The position numbers and the translations under genes are program-made. A stretch of DNA of 64,000 nucleotides, from contig OZ251244.1 of NCBI GenBank assembly GCA_965240325.2, positions 434,001-498,000 of the forward strand, given 5' to 3'. The notes under the pieces were generated by a model, which saw only the letters and a list, made by a program, of their open reading frames with translations, had not been told where the DNA came from and did not search any database. This document shows positions 33,117 to 43,794 of this stretch, in pieces (the stretch's first letter is position 1; every line of letters begins with the position of its first letter). The DNA is from Rebecca billardiae RCC1528. Its lineage: Eukaryota > Protista > Haptophyta.

Positions 33117-35114
33117 TGTGTAAACTTTTCTGAGGATAGCGCACCAGCAAAATCCCTTGACCGTCATCCGGATTTCACGGAGGCCGCGTTCGGAGGCTGA
33201 AACGCGCCATGGCGCGGCCCATCCTCGCACGACCGCTCTCGCGAGATCGCGACCGTGCGACCTGCGCCGCGGCGCTCGACGCGCTCTTTCTGCTCGGAGG
33301 CCGCGAGGGCCCCCAGGTGCGCCAGATCGCGAGCGCGCACCTTCCTCCTCGCCGCGCTCGCCGAGCACGAGCCGATCTGCAGCAGATGTGCAAGGAGCCG
33401 CATTGGCCGTGCTCGCGCGCGCGCGGCACGGGCGACACAAAATTTGTTTAGCGGGACCTTTGCACGCATTCCATTCTTTGATGATGGTACCCTTGAGCCC
33501 CGGACTAGGTCCCGCTAAACGCTTTCGCTCGTTGGCGCTGCGTGCGCGCGCAAAGGAGCCACTCCAAAGGCAGCGCACACAGGCAGTTGCAGTGAGTAGT
33601 TCTCCTCCTGGGCGGCCTCCATGGCCTCGAGCGTGGTGACGAGCGCGTCGGTGACCACCACGTGGTCCACCTTGGTGGCGCCGGACAGTCCGGCCGACCC
33701 TCGCCGGACTCCACCCTTGCCGCGCGCTGACTGTTTGCCGGTCGTGCAGCTGCGCCGCCAACCGCTCGGCGCGAGCGGCGAGCGGCCACATGGTGACACA
33801 AGATGGTCGAAGACGTGGCAGCGCGGTGGTGCGTGCGATTGGGGGACCCCATTTGAGCTACGACACGGGCGCGCGCGCTCGTCCGTGCTCATCACGGTGG
33901 CGGACGCGCGCGCCGCGCGCTCGTCGGCTGTGCAACGATGACCGTTAGGCAGCTTTTGGGTGTCTGCTGCGGCCACAGCTCGCCGGCACGGGCCCTATGG
34001 TGGCAGCGAGTGGTACGCGGCGTTGTACTAGGTCCGTGCGCGCCACGCACGACGCTCGGCAGGCTCGCCCTCGGACCATTGGCTGAGCCCTACTCGCCGC
34101 GCGCGCCGCGCGCAGCAGCCGCTCGGCAGCTGCTTCGGGCGCGAAGCGCGCCCCGCGCGCTGCACGTGGGCGCGACGATTTGGTGCAGCGAGCGTGCGCG
34201 AGTGTGTGCGCGTGATGGGCACCACCATGGCGCTACTTGCCATGCACATCTGCCTCTCGCCACGCCTTCGACACGATAGCTGCGACTGCTGCTCGGAGGT
34301 GCGCTCGAGCGCTCGCACGCGTAGTTGAATCTGGGCTCGGCGGCGACCGCGTGGGCGAGGGGCAGCGCGCTGCACGGTGGCGGAGCGCGTGCGGAGCGCA
34401 GCCTACACCTCCTACACGCTCCATCCAGACACATCGCGCATGCTCGCGCGACCTCCTCGGTCCATCACGCGCGCGTGCGCGCGCAAGCAGGTGTGCAGCC
34501 AGCTGTGCGCGAACACGGCGCGCCGCGTTGGCGCGCGCGCACCGATACCCGTGCGCAGCTCGACGAGCGAGCGCGGTGTGTTTCGACGCGTATGGGGAGG
34601 CTCGAATTTACGCGCGCGCACGCGCCGGCCCTCGCCGCCCCTTCGCTCGCCCACGCCTCATCTGTGCGCTTGGCGTTTGCAGGCAGCTGCTCATCCTTTC
34701 CAACACTTGCACAAACGAGCAGATGGGTCTGCGCGAGGTCGATTGGTGCGTCAGATATTCGGCAACGACCAGCCCCGCTCGTGTGCCGCCGCTCGTGCTA
34801 CTCTTGACGACCACCTCTGGCTCGGTCGCGCGCACGAGGCTGCTCGCGGCCCCAATCGTGCCGTGTACCGTCAAGCTGTACCGTGCGCAGCGAGGCGCAC
34901 TCAGACGTCGGCATGGGCTCGCATGCGAGGGCCCAACAGTGCGATGCGTCGATGGAGCATGCTCCGGATACGCTTCGGCGCACTTCCCGACGCGCACGAG
35001 CCGCTCGAAGGCGCGGAAGGGCGTCCAAAGGGGGCATCCGCCATTTTGCGCCACTTCGGCCCGGATGACGGTCAAGGGATTTAGCTGGTGCGCTATCCTC
35101 AGAAAAGTTTAATC

Positions 35115-35115
<1 letters not shown>
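33117..35115. mobile_element. Non-autonomous ~2-kb DNA transposon with 51-bp TIRs
   Basis: 33121-33171 and 35061-35111 are inverted copies (50/51 identical: TAAACTTTTCTGAGGATAGCGCACCAGC(A/T)AAATCCCTTGACCGTCATCCGG). Flanked by TATA. No intact ORF inside. Confidence 0.8.
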
Positions 35116-35146
<31 letters not shown>

Positions 35147-35660
35147 ATAATATTGAGCGCGTCCTATAGAACAGCGTCGCTCTTTGGAGCCGAACTTGAC
35201 TCTTGTGAGTCTTGTCTCTTGAGCAGGGACCGTGGAACTTGACCCCGCATTTGGCGCCATTTCCCAGCGAAGTGCCCCATGCTGGCATGCATCATCTCGG
35301 CGGGGCTGGCACGCTCGGCACACGCTCATGAGCGCTCGCTTCGCGGTGCGGCAGGCCTTGGGTAGACCAGGCAGACATCTCGCGACCGCATTACCGGGCC
35401 ATGCGCGCACCACATCCGCGCTACGTGGCCTGCGCGCTGGACGACTGAGAGTCATTCAGTCAATGCCGACCCACTGGCATTCCACCAAAGGAATGAAATT
35501 GATTCCACTCCCCCCCGAGTCGCCTTCAGAGGGCGTCGACAAGCGCAGAGCGGGTGCGCGGGAGTAAGGGGAGTTCGACCAACTCGTGCGCTTCCCGCCG
35601 CCGCGGGCCCCGTGTACGCCCGTCGTCGCCCTCGCCGCGTGGGGCGGGCCATCAAGTGAC

Positions 35661-37061
35661 ATGGCGAGCACTGCTTGCGGTGCGTCAGCAATCTCCGTGT
35701 TGGCGGCGGCTGTCATGGCCTCGCCGGGCGAGCTGGTTGCATCGGCGACGCGCAATGCCACCATGCTTCGTGTCGTGCCCCCGCGCCCGTTCGAGATGGC
35801 GGTGACACCTGGGCAGGACGTGTACATGTGCACACTACTCAGGCTGGTCGTGCCCGCAGGTGAGCCAGTACCTGTCGTCAAGCGCATTCACTACCTCCCG
35901 TCGCCCGGGAGCAGAAAGAACGTCCACCACATCGTTATCCGGTCATGTGACGACGACGAGCGCGCGCACGGCGCACTCGGCGAGCCTTACCCCTGCAACG
36001 CCGACCGACGCAAGCTGGACCACTGCCCGGAATACTGGTTTGACGGCCTCCCCGTTCGTTATCCCACCGGGCTGGCGGAAGCGCTCCCGCGCACCGTGAT
36101 GCTTGAGGTGCACTACAAGCCCGTCGATGGGCTCCCCAGGCGATTCACCGATCAGTCAGGCGTAGCGCTCAAACTTGAACCTGCCCACACGCTCGCGGGC
36201 ACGCCGAAGAAGATTGCGCAGGCCAGTGCGCGCCTACAGGTGACACCGCCATTCATCATCTCGCGCGTGGGTATCGGCACGACCGCCATCTCCCACGCCG
36301 AGGCCCCGGGGCAGCATCTGCGGATGGAGATCCCGCCAGGCAAGCCACGCTTCGACCTGCGCTTCGACTGCCCGGCGTCGTGCATCACGTGTGTGCTCCG
36401 CACCCTGCGCGCGGACGCGTTCGCCATCCTCTCGATGTGGACCCACATGCACGCGCGCGGCGTCGCCGCACTCACCGAGATCGTGCCGCCGAGTGGCAAG
36501 CCCGTCGCGCTGGAGCCGCTGTTCATCCGGGTGAAACCGTACCACACGCCGCCTGTGCTGCTGCGCCGCGGCGATGCCGTGCGCCTCACGTGCACGTTCA
36601 ACACCACCGGCCGCACAGAGCCCACCTTGATTGGTGAGAGCCACGCGCACGAGGAGATGTGCCTGGCCTCCCTGATTGGCGCGACCATCGTGGCGCCTGG
36701 TGCGCAGCTCGGGCGGAACGGCTCTGCAGGCGCGAGGCGAGCAGCGGGCGGAGAGTGCGTGCATCCGCCGCCAGAGCTCGCAGCGTCACCGCGAGCACAT
36801 CAGGGAGCAGGCAGCGGAGGCAGGCCCGCGTCCGAGGCGGCCGCGTCGTTTGAACACGCACTTCCGCTGGCATCGTCAGCTGCGCCTGCGGGAGCAGCAG
36901 CCATCAGTCGGCATGCTGCCGGCACCAGCGGCTGTCCATGCAGCCGTGCGTGCCACGTGCTGATGACAGCGAGCTGCCCTCCTGCATCAGCCGCGCCTAC
37001 TCGGCGGCACCGCCGCGGCCGAGCCGGCCCGCCGAGCCACGCCTACGGGCATCAGTCATAA
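35661..37061 (+). CDS. Copper type II ascorbate-dependent monooxygenase (PHM/DBH-like)
   Basis: DVYMC, VHHIVI (CuH), LEVHY (CuH), THMHARG (CuM) and CTFNTT..GESHAHEEMC (CuM Met). The 3' end is low-complexity and uncertain. Confidence 0.85.
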   Translation: MASTACGASAISVLAAAVMASPGELVASATRNATMLRVVPPRPFEMAVTPGQDVYMCTLLRLVVPAGEPVPVVKRIHYLPSPGSRKNVHHIVIRSCDDDERAHGALGEPYPCNADRRKLDHCPEYWFDGLPVRYPTGLAEALPRTVMLEVHYKPVDGLPRRFTDQSGVALKLEPAHTLAGTPKKIAQASARLQVTPPFIISRVGIGTTAISHAEAPGQHLRMEIPPGKPRFDLRFDCPASCITCVLRTLRADAFAILSMWTHMHARGVAALTEIVPPSGKPVALEPLFIRVKPYHTPPVLLRRGDAVRLTCTFNTTGRTEPTLIGESHAHEEMCLASLIGATIVAPGAQLGRNGSAGARRAAGGECVHPPPELAASPRAHQGAGSGGRPASEAAASFEHALPLASSAAPAGAAAISRHAAGTSGCPCSRACHVLMTASCPPASAAPTRRHRRGRAGPPSHAYGHQS

Positions 37062-39101
37062 CGCTGGGCGTCCGAACAGGAGCCGCGGCCCCGCCCCCAG
37101 CGCACCGGCCCGCGGGCCGGTCCCGCCTCGCAAGGGGGGGGCAGCCACGCCAGTCTCTGGTGTGCCTGGTGCTGCGAAGAGGTCCAAGAGTTGGAAGAAG
37201 AAGCACCGCGCGGACGGCTCGCTGAGGCCGGCTGCGGGTACGCGACGGGTCAATCGTGCTGACAAGGCGCGTGCGGGCCCGACGCCGCAGCTTCCCAACT
37301 CTGGCCCCTTCCGCGAGCTTGCGCCTTCGGCATCGTCGGAGCCGTCGTCGCGGCCGTCCCGCATGTCTTCGGACAGCCAAGAGGCCGAGGGCGGCCATCG
37401 CCCTCAGGGTGATGGCGCCCCGGCTGCGGCGTCTGGGCATGCGGGCGCGGCGTCGGCGACGACCGACGAGGTCGTGGGCGCGCTCTTCGCGGGCCCACTC
37501 GCCCCGATGGGGCGTGGGGCCGCGCCTGGCCCTGCTCACAAGGTGTATGTGTTCGAGGCAGGCAAAGGCTCTGTGCCACAACCGGGGTAGGTGGGCAGCC
37601 AGGGGCTGGCGGCAACCGAGAGGGGCCGCTTTCCCCCGCCCCCGCTGCTTGCGAAGGCGGCGGGGGTGCGCTGCTTGCCTTCGCGGGCGAGCAGCGCGCA
37701 GTTTACGCCGGGCATGTGGACCTGCCCACCCTTCATCTTCCAGTTCTTCCCTTCGGCTGGGGCTCGATCAGTCGACGCGGCGTCGCTCACAGCGCAGGCA
37801 GGTGTTTGGCGTGGCTGCACTCTCGAGGTGGCTGGGATACAACATCCAGGTGCAGCACCCTCCCCGTGTGGTGTCAGAGCGCGCTCTCGAGCGCGTGCCT
37901 GCGAGCGCGGGGCGGCCGCTTGCTGCAATGGCCGCCTCGATGAGGTGCGGCAACGCGCCCCTCACCTGCCTGCGCCGGTCTGTTTTGTGGCGGTGTCTTT
38001 GTGCAGTGTTGGATAGCGTTAATCACGCCTTAACCAAGTGTGCACGTTAAATCATAGTAAACTGTAACGGCTTAGAACTGCTTATTCTAATAAATTGTCA
38101 GATGGCGGCCGATAGCCCGGTACGTATATATATACCGTACTGCTAGGCCGCGTAGTGACCAGCCAGCGGTCACCGGGCCGGGCATACGGATTACGGGGCA
38201 TACTGCATAGCACCGGCGCCGGCGGCCGGCGCGCGGCGGCGCGCTGACCGGCTGACTCCCCTTCAACGGGCCGGCTTATTATTCCCGGCGCCGGAGAGCC
38301 AAGATGAGCAGAGCAAGAGCAGAGCGCGCCAGCATAGGCCGCCCGTGGCGCGGCGCGCGCCGGCGGCCGTTTTATTTTTTTTATTATATTTCTATTATTT
38401 AACGACGTGGCAGCATCGGACAAGCGTCAGGCTCAGAGTGCAACAGACACATAGAATGCGTCCGCGCCTTCCGTCCAGGTCAGACAGTGCGCCACCCGCA
38501 GCCCTGCCCCCCTACGGGAGCGGGGCCGGGATGGAGCACCGCCTCGGCCTGGGGCACGCGGCGGCGACATATTATAAATTTATATATTATACAGTAGTAT
38601 CATGGCCCGCGGTGAAGGGCGGAGCGCGTAGCGTGGAGCCCCGCCGGGGGCCCTCATATATATATATATTAACGACGTGGTATGCAACGGGCAGGCGTCA
38701 GAGTCAGCAAGCTGTAGCAGCAGATCGAGCAGCAGAGACAAACACCAGGATCAGCGCTCCTCGCCGTCGTCCCCCCCCCTCGTAGTCGCCCATCACTCCA
38801 TCGCCGAGCGGAAGCTCGACGCACCGTCTGGCGTCGACGCGCGCGCGCCACCGCGGTGGTCGCGGTGCCACGCGTAGTCGTCAGCCGTCGTCTCGATGAA
38901 GTAGCAGTCGTCGTATGCACTCAATGCAGCGCCCCCGCGGGCGCGTGCCCCCAGGCGCACGTGCGCCATGCGCGCGCGGGCGATGAGCATCTTGGCATGG
39001 CCACGCAGGCTGCAGCGCATGCCCAATACTAGTATATAGCTATATGATATTATATTGTTTTCATTATTATTATAATAATATATATAGGTATATATTATTT
39101 A

Positions 39102-41066
39102 TTATGGCTGCGGCTGGACTGCTGCAGCTGCCGATGTCACCGCCGCCGCAGCGCCTTGCCCGTGCTTGAGCGTCTCGCGCGCCAGCGCCGCCCACGGCGC
39201 GTACAGCACCTCGAGCTTGAGCGGCTCCGTGGTGCCGACCGCTTCGCGCAGTCGCGTGTGCGCGGCCGCGGTGTGGCCGGCGAGGCCGAAGCGCATCGCC
39301 GCCTGCTGCGCCGTGTCCTGGTCGGTGAGGACGAGGATCGCGAAGGGCGAGGAGCCCTCCCACTCGTCTTTCGCGCCGACGCACCGCGCGCCCTCCGCCG
39401 GGGCCCACACGCGGCACGCCCGGACGGAGTCAACGGGCACACGGCCCAGCTCGGCGACCTCGCGGATGATGGCGGGCGTGAGCGCGGCCGGCTGCGCAGA
39501 CGCGACCACGTCCTCGCGCAGCGGGCCGAGCCACAGGGCGTCGCCGCGCGCCGTCCACTCGTTGGCGCGCTGGCGGCGCGGCGCGCACGCCGTCGCGAGC
39601 ACCACGAGCGCGTGCACCCCCAGCCACACGGCGCCGAGCGCCACGGCCGTCCCTGAGATCTCCAAGCCCGGCGCCACCGGCGTCTCACCGAGCGCGGCCG
39701 CGGACACGACGCTCTGGTGCAGCATCACGCCAAAGGTGGCGAGGAAGGAGAGGAGCACGTACGCGTCGACGAGGGTGGCGTACGAGATGGCGGGCAGCTT
39801 GTCGCTCACGATGAACTTGAACGCCACCTGCGCCAGCAGCAGCGTCAGGTTGATCGCCGCGCGGTCGGCAAAGGCCTCGGGCGGCACAATGTAGGACGTG
39901 AAGACGCACGAAGTGATCAGGAAGAGCGGCAGCGCGATGTTGAGGTGGACGAAGCCGGCGCGGCGGTCGACGCGGAGCTTCGCGCGGAGCACCGAGTACC
40001 GGCACAGCTCGGCCGAGTCCCACGGCTCCGTCTCGCCCTCCTCCAGCACGACCCGGCTGTGCAGCGCGTACTCGGACGCGAGGATGAAGCCCACCGTCTG
40101 CACGCGGCTCACGTACTTGGCAGAGCGGTTGCGCTCGAGCAGCGTGGAGTCGCCGTCTGGGCGCGGCACGCCGTACGCGTCGGTGAGCTCCCAGCCGGTG
40201 CGCAGCTCGATCGCCAGCTGCTGCGAGTCGTACGGGAAGCGGCGCAGCCGCATCGTCTCCTGGAACGTCCCCTGCAGCGCCATGCGGAAGCAGACGACCG
40301 GCGTCGCGTCCTCGGGCCCGGCGTACACGCGGAACCAGCCCTCAGAGTGCTCCTCGGCGATCAGGTTGGCGAGGTGGAGCCGCGGCGCGTAGAAGGGCTC
40401 GTCGCTGCCCTCGATGAACAGCACGCCCTCCGACGGGCGCGAACGCTCGTTGTCTGCGCGCGGCTCGGCGCCGCCGGCCGCTCCGGCCGCGGCGCCGGCC
40501 GCCATCAGCTTCGGCTCCACCCACGAAGCTTCGAGCTGCATCTTGGCGGTGAAGGTCTGCGCCTTGAGGTCGATGTCGACGAGGCGGGTGACGAAGACGC
40601 GCACGCGCACCTTGCGCACCGGGTGCGCGATGGCCATCCACGCGTCGCTCAGGAACTCGAGCGTCGGCTCGACCGGCGCGGCGCCATCCGTGAGCGATGG
40701 ACAACCAAACTCAGACGCGAGCCGCGCGCGCAGCGCCTGCGGGGCCATCTTGAAGGACTCGATCGCGCGCATCGCGGTCTCGTCGTCCTTGAACGTGATC
40801 ACCGCCACGTAGTTCCCTCGAGCGAACGCCGTGGCCGCCGCGTCGCCCACGAGGCGCCGGCCGGTCGCCGGGTCCCAAACGTGGCACGCGCTGATGCTGC
40901 CGCGCTTGCCGCCCGAGCCGAGCCCAGTCATGTCGGCGATGAGGGCCGTCAGCGCGGCGATCTCGGCAGCTGTCGGGTTGGGCAGCTTGCGCAGCGGGCC
41001 CAGCCGCGCCGCGCGGCTTGGCTCCCCGTCGGCCATCGCCCAAGAGCTCAGGCGTTTTGCCGCCAT
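39102..41066 (-). CDS. Cys-less (Pro-loop) pentameric ligand-gated ion channel with duplicated RRM-like terminal domains
   Basis: ECD motifs LVDIDLKAQTFTAKMQLEASW, YAPRLHLANL and LRRFPYDSQQLAI. Pre-M1 RRAGFVHLNIALP, M2 DRAAINLTLLLAQVAFK, M2-M3 KLPAISYATLVD, and M4. Confidence 0.9.
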   Translation of the reverse strand: MAAKRLSSWAMADGEPSRAARLGPLRKLPNPTAAEIAALTALIADMTGLGSGGKRGSISACHVWDPATGRRLVGDAAATAFARGNYVAVITFKDDETAMRAIESFKMAPQALRARLASEFGCPSLTDGAAPVEPTLEFLSDAWMAIAHPVRKVRVRVFVTRLVDIDLKAQTFTAKMQLEASWVEPKLMAAGAAAGAAGGAEPRADNERSRPSEGVLFIEGSDEPFYAPRLHLANLIAEEHSEGWFRVYAGPEDATPVVCFRMALQGTFQETMRLRRFPYDSQQLAIELRTGWELTDAYGVPRPDGDSTLLERNRSAKYVSRVQTVGFILASEYALHSRVVLEEGETEPWDSAELCRYSVLRAKLRVDRRAGFVHLNIALPLFLITSCVFTSYIVPPEAFADRAAINLTLLLAQVAFKFIVSDKLPAISYATLVDAYVLLSFLATFGVMLHQSVVSAAALGETPVAPGLEISGTAVALGAVWLGVHALVVLATACAPRRQRANEWTARGDALWLGPLREDVVASAQPAALTPAIIREVAELGRVPVDSVRACRVWAPAEGARCVGAKDEWEGSSPFAILVLTDQDTAQQAAMRFGLAGHTAAAHTRLREAVGTTEPLKLEVLYAPWAALARETLKHGQGAAAAVTSAAAAVQPQP

Positions 41067-42019
41067 CAATCGCCACCGGGCCGCTCGACGGCTTGCCCGT
41101 TGGGGCCGGGGCCGCGCGTGCGCTGACGGGAGGCTGAGGGAGCACGGCCGAACTCGGACTCGTGTGAAGGTCCCTCCCACTGGGACCTTCACACGTCTCG
41201 AGGGACCTTCACACGTTCGACGAGTGAAGGTCCCTCCGCTGGCGCCGCCCGTTGGCGCTGGATGGGATGGCCGCGTGCGTGCGCGAGCGCCCGCCTCGCG
41301 TCGCGCGCCCCGCGCGCAGAGCGCGCGCTCGGCCGCGCGCGACGCGGCGGAGTCGAGGCTGACATACCCCTGGCCCACTTCGCGCCGCGCAACGCCGCCC
41401 ACGCCCATCGCCGCTCGCACGCGCAGGCCTGCCGCGCACGGCTTGGGCTTTTCAGCACAGGCTGGCGGCGGCGCGCCGGGCCGAGGGCTCGGCCAGTGTT
41501 GTGCCCCTCGGCCAGGCCGAGACTTGGCGGAGGCGCGGGTAGTGCCATCGCCTGCCCAGATCCCGGGCCTCACCGTCAGAGTGTGCACGCGAGGCGCGCT
41601 GTCGTGGTCGACAGGTGAGGCGCCGCGTGCTCGCCCTCGAGCGGGCAGCGGACATACCGGCAGGCGCGCGCGCACACAGCGGGGCTGTCGAGCTGCTTCC
41701 GGCTGGGTAGATCGACGGCGCATGCCCTGGCCCTGGTCTGGGAGGCGTGCGCGGGTTCGGAGGCCGGTGAACGCTCGGCGCGGACCCACGTGTCTTGCCG
41801 GGCACGGTTGCGCGACAGCTCTGCAGCCAGTCTCGAGGCTGAGTGGCATCAGAGCGCTTGCCGGCGTGCTGGCGGGCTCAGCCGCCGGGCCGATGCCCAC
41901 GCCTTGGCCGGGATGCGACCGGCCTCCGCGTCCTCCGCAGCCGCCTGGAGCCGTCGACCCGCTGCCCACGGCCCGCGGCCGGCAGGCCGCTTGGCGGATG
42001 GCCAGAGGAGCAGGCGGCC

Positions 42020-42700
42020 GAGCCGGCTGGGCGGCAGCGAGGGTGGTGGAGATGGAGGCGGGCTCGGCGGCGGAGGCGGCGGAGGCGGGCTTGATAGCGG
42101 GCTCGGCGGCGGCGAGGATGGCAGGTTCAGTGCTGGCGATGACGGTGGGCTTGGCGGTGAGCTCGGCGGTGGCTGACGTGGCAGACTTGGCGGTGGGATC
42201 GGCTGCCGGCGGCTTGGTGGCAGCGGAGGCGGCGGCGACGGGATCGAGCTCGGCGGCGTGGTCGGAGGCGGTGCTGATGGCGGCGATGATGGTAGCGGGC
42301 TTGTTGGCGGCGATGTAGGCAGCGACGGCTGCGGGCTCAGCGGCGGGCTTTGTGGCGGCGATGTAGGCGGTGATGACGGTGGTGGGCTCAGCGGCGGGGT
42401 CGGCAGCGGCGACGGCAGCGGCAGGCTCGAGGTGGGCTTGGTGGCGGTGATGGCGGCCGGGCTCGGCTATGGACTTTGCGGCGGTGGGCTCGGGGGCGGA
42501 GTCGGTGGCGGCGAAGGTGGCGAACCCAGCGCTAGGCTTGGCGCTGGGGTGGAGGAGATGGGCTTGGTTGTCCGTGGTGGGCTTGGTGGCGGCGATTTGG
42601 CGATGATGGCTGTGAGCGGCGGAGTGGCCATGAGCTCGGCAGAGGTGACGGTGGCTCGGGAACGGTGGCTGGCTCGGCGGCGGCTTCGGCGGCCGCGACG
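42020..42700 (-). pseudogene. Degenerate Ser-Pro (SPPP)-rich coding fragment inside the transposon
   Basis: The minus strand reads as interrupted SPPPSPPPP tracts (plus-strand GGCGGCGGGCTCGGCGG repeats) with frame breaks. Confidence 0.4.
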
Positions 42701-43794
42701 GAGACGGGCCGTGAGGCGGCTAGGGCGGTGGTGTGGGATGGGATTACTGCGTCACTGTTGCCCTCGGTCAGAGCTTGGCGGGGACACAGCGCGGCCAAGC
42801 TCCGGGCGTTGGCGCTGCCGCCAGGTCGGCCGCAGGCCACCCACTCGTCGGCAAAGCTTGGGCGGCAGCGATGCCCAGACATGAAGGAGGGCACTGCGGG
42901 ATCGCTGCGTCACCTCGGGAAGGCTGAGTCCATGAGAGAGATGATCGGCACTGCCCCGTCTGGTGGAGTTCGATGAGCTGACTTAGACTACTTTTGCGAC
43001 CGTAGGCTGCTGCTCGGCCTTGTCAGAGTCGACATCCGACCTAGCGCCAGCGCGGCGCAGTACGTATCGATTGAGTCATTGCGCGGACCAGCAGCATGAG
43101 ACGTCATCGCGACTCGGAGTTCGTCACGTGCCACTCAACCGCGTCCGACCCGCCCCACTGCCACCTTGGGCAAGCGCCTGCAGACGATACGGCGGGCCAG
43201 CATCATAAGCTGCGCTCCTGCTGAGTGCTGGCTGATGATGACTGCGTCAGACGACTGCGCATTGCAGCCGCAGCCATACCGTACATACGCTCTCAGCGGG
43301 ACTACGCGCGAGTTGTTCTGCCTTCTAGCGGTGCCGGCACGTGGCGCGACGATTCTGGCGTCATTATCACTTGACGACTCGACTGATCACGACGAGTGGC
43401 CCTTCTCAAGCAAGTGCAGCAGCATTAGAAGTATAGCCTACACTCGTCCGTCATCGTCTGGTTCCCCTGAGAAGTCTTCTGGAATGCATCAGCGACATGC
43501 TCCCGCAGCCTGGTCAGTGGTCCAAGCCAGTCACATCCGGCAGCCTGACATCATCCCACATGCCGCGTGGGCAGAGAGGCGCGCTATGCCCACGCGACTG
43601 GCTTCCTAGAAGCTGCCGTGACGGAACGAGTGTCAGCAGTGGACCGCCGGCCGGTGCCGCGCGCCGCACCGCCGGGCCCAATGGCAACGAACACCCGGTG
43701 GCCGGCGGTGCGGCCCTAGGCTAGTGCGGCGGATCTATCGCGTATAGAACGACCGGCCGTGACGCGCTCTGCACCACGTACATTCGGACGCGGC

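Noticed and set aside
37162-38050. Possible gene or retroelement remnant
   Set aside because: An in-frame stop at 37588-37590 and no diagnostic motifs, so it cannot be supported.
41160-41240. CRISPR-like repeats (also 26570-26940 and 62966-63121)
   Set aside because: No unique spacers of regular length and no cas genes, in a eukaryotic context. They are explained as transposon subterminal or tandem repeats.
41067-41969. N-terminal 300-aa extension of the pLGIC ORF, and the mirror ORFs at 44088-45894
   Set aside because: They lie in the transposon TIRs and are Arg/Ala/Pro-rich non-coding read-through.
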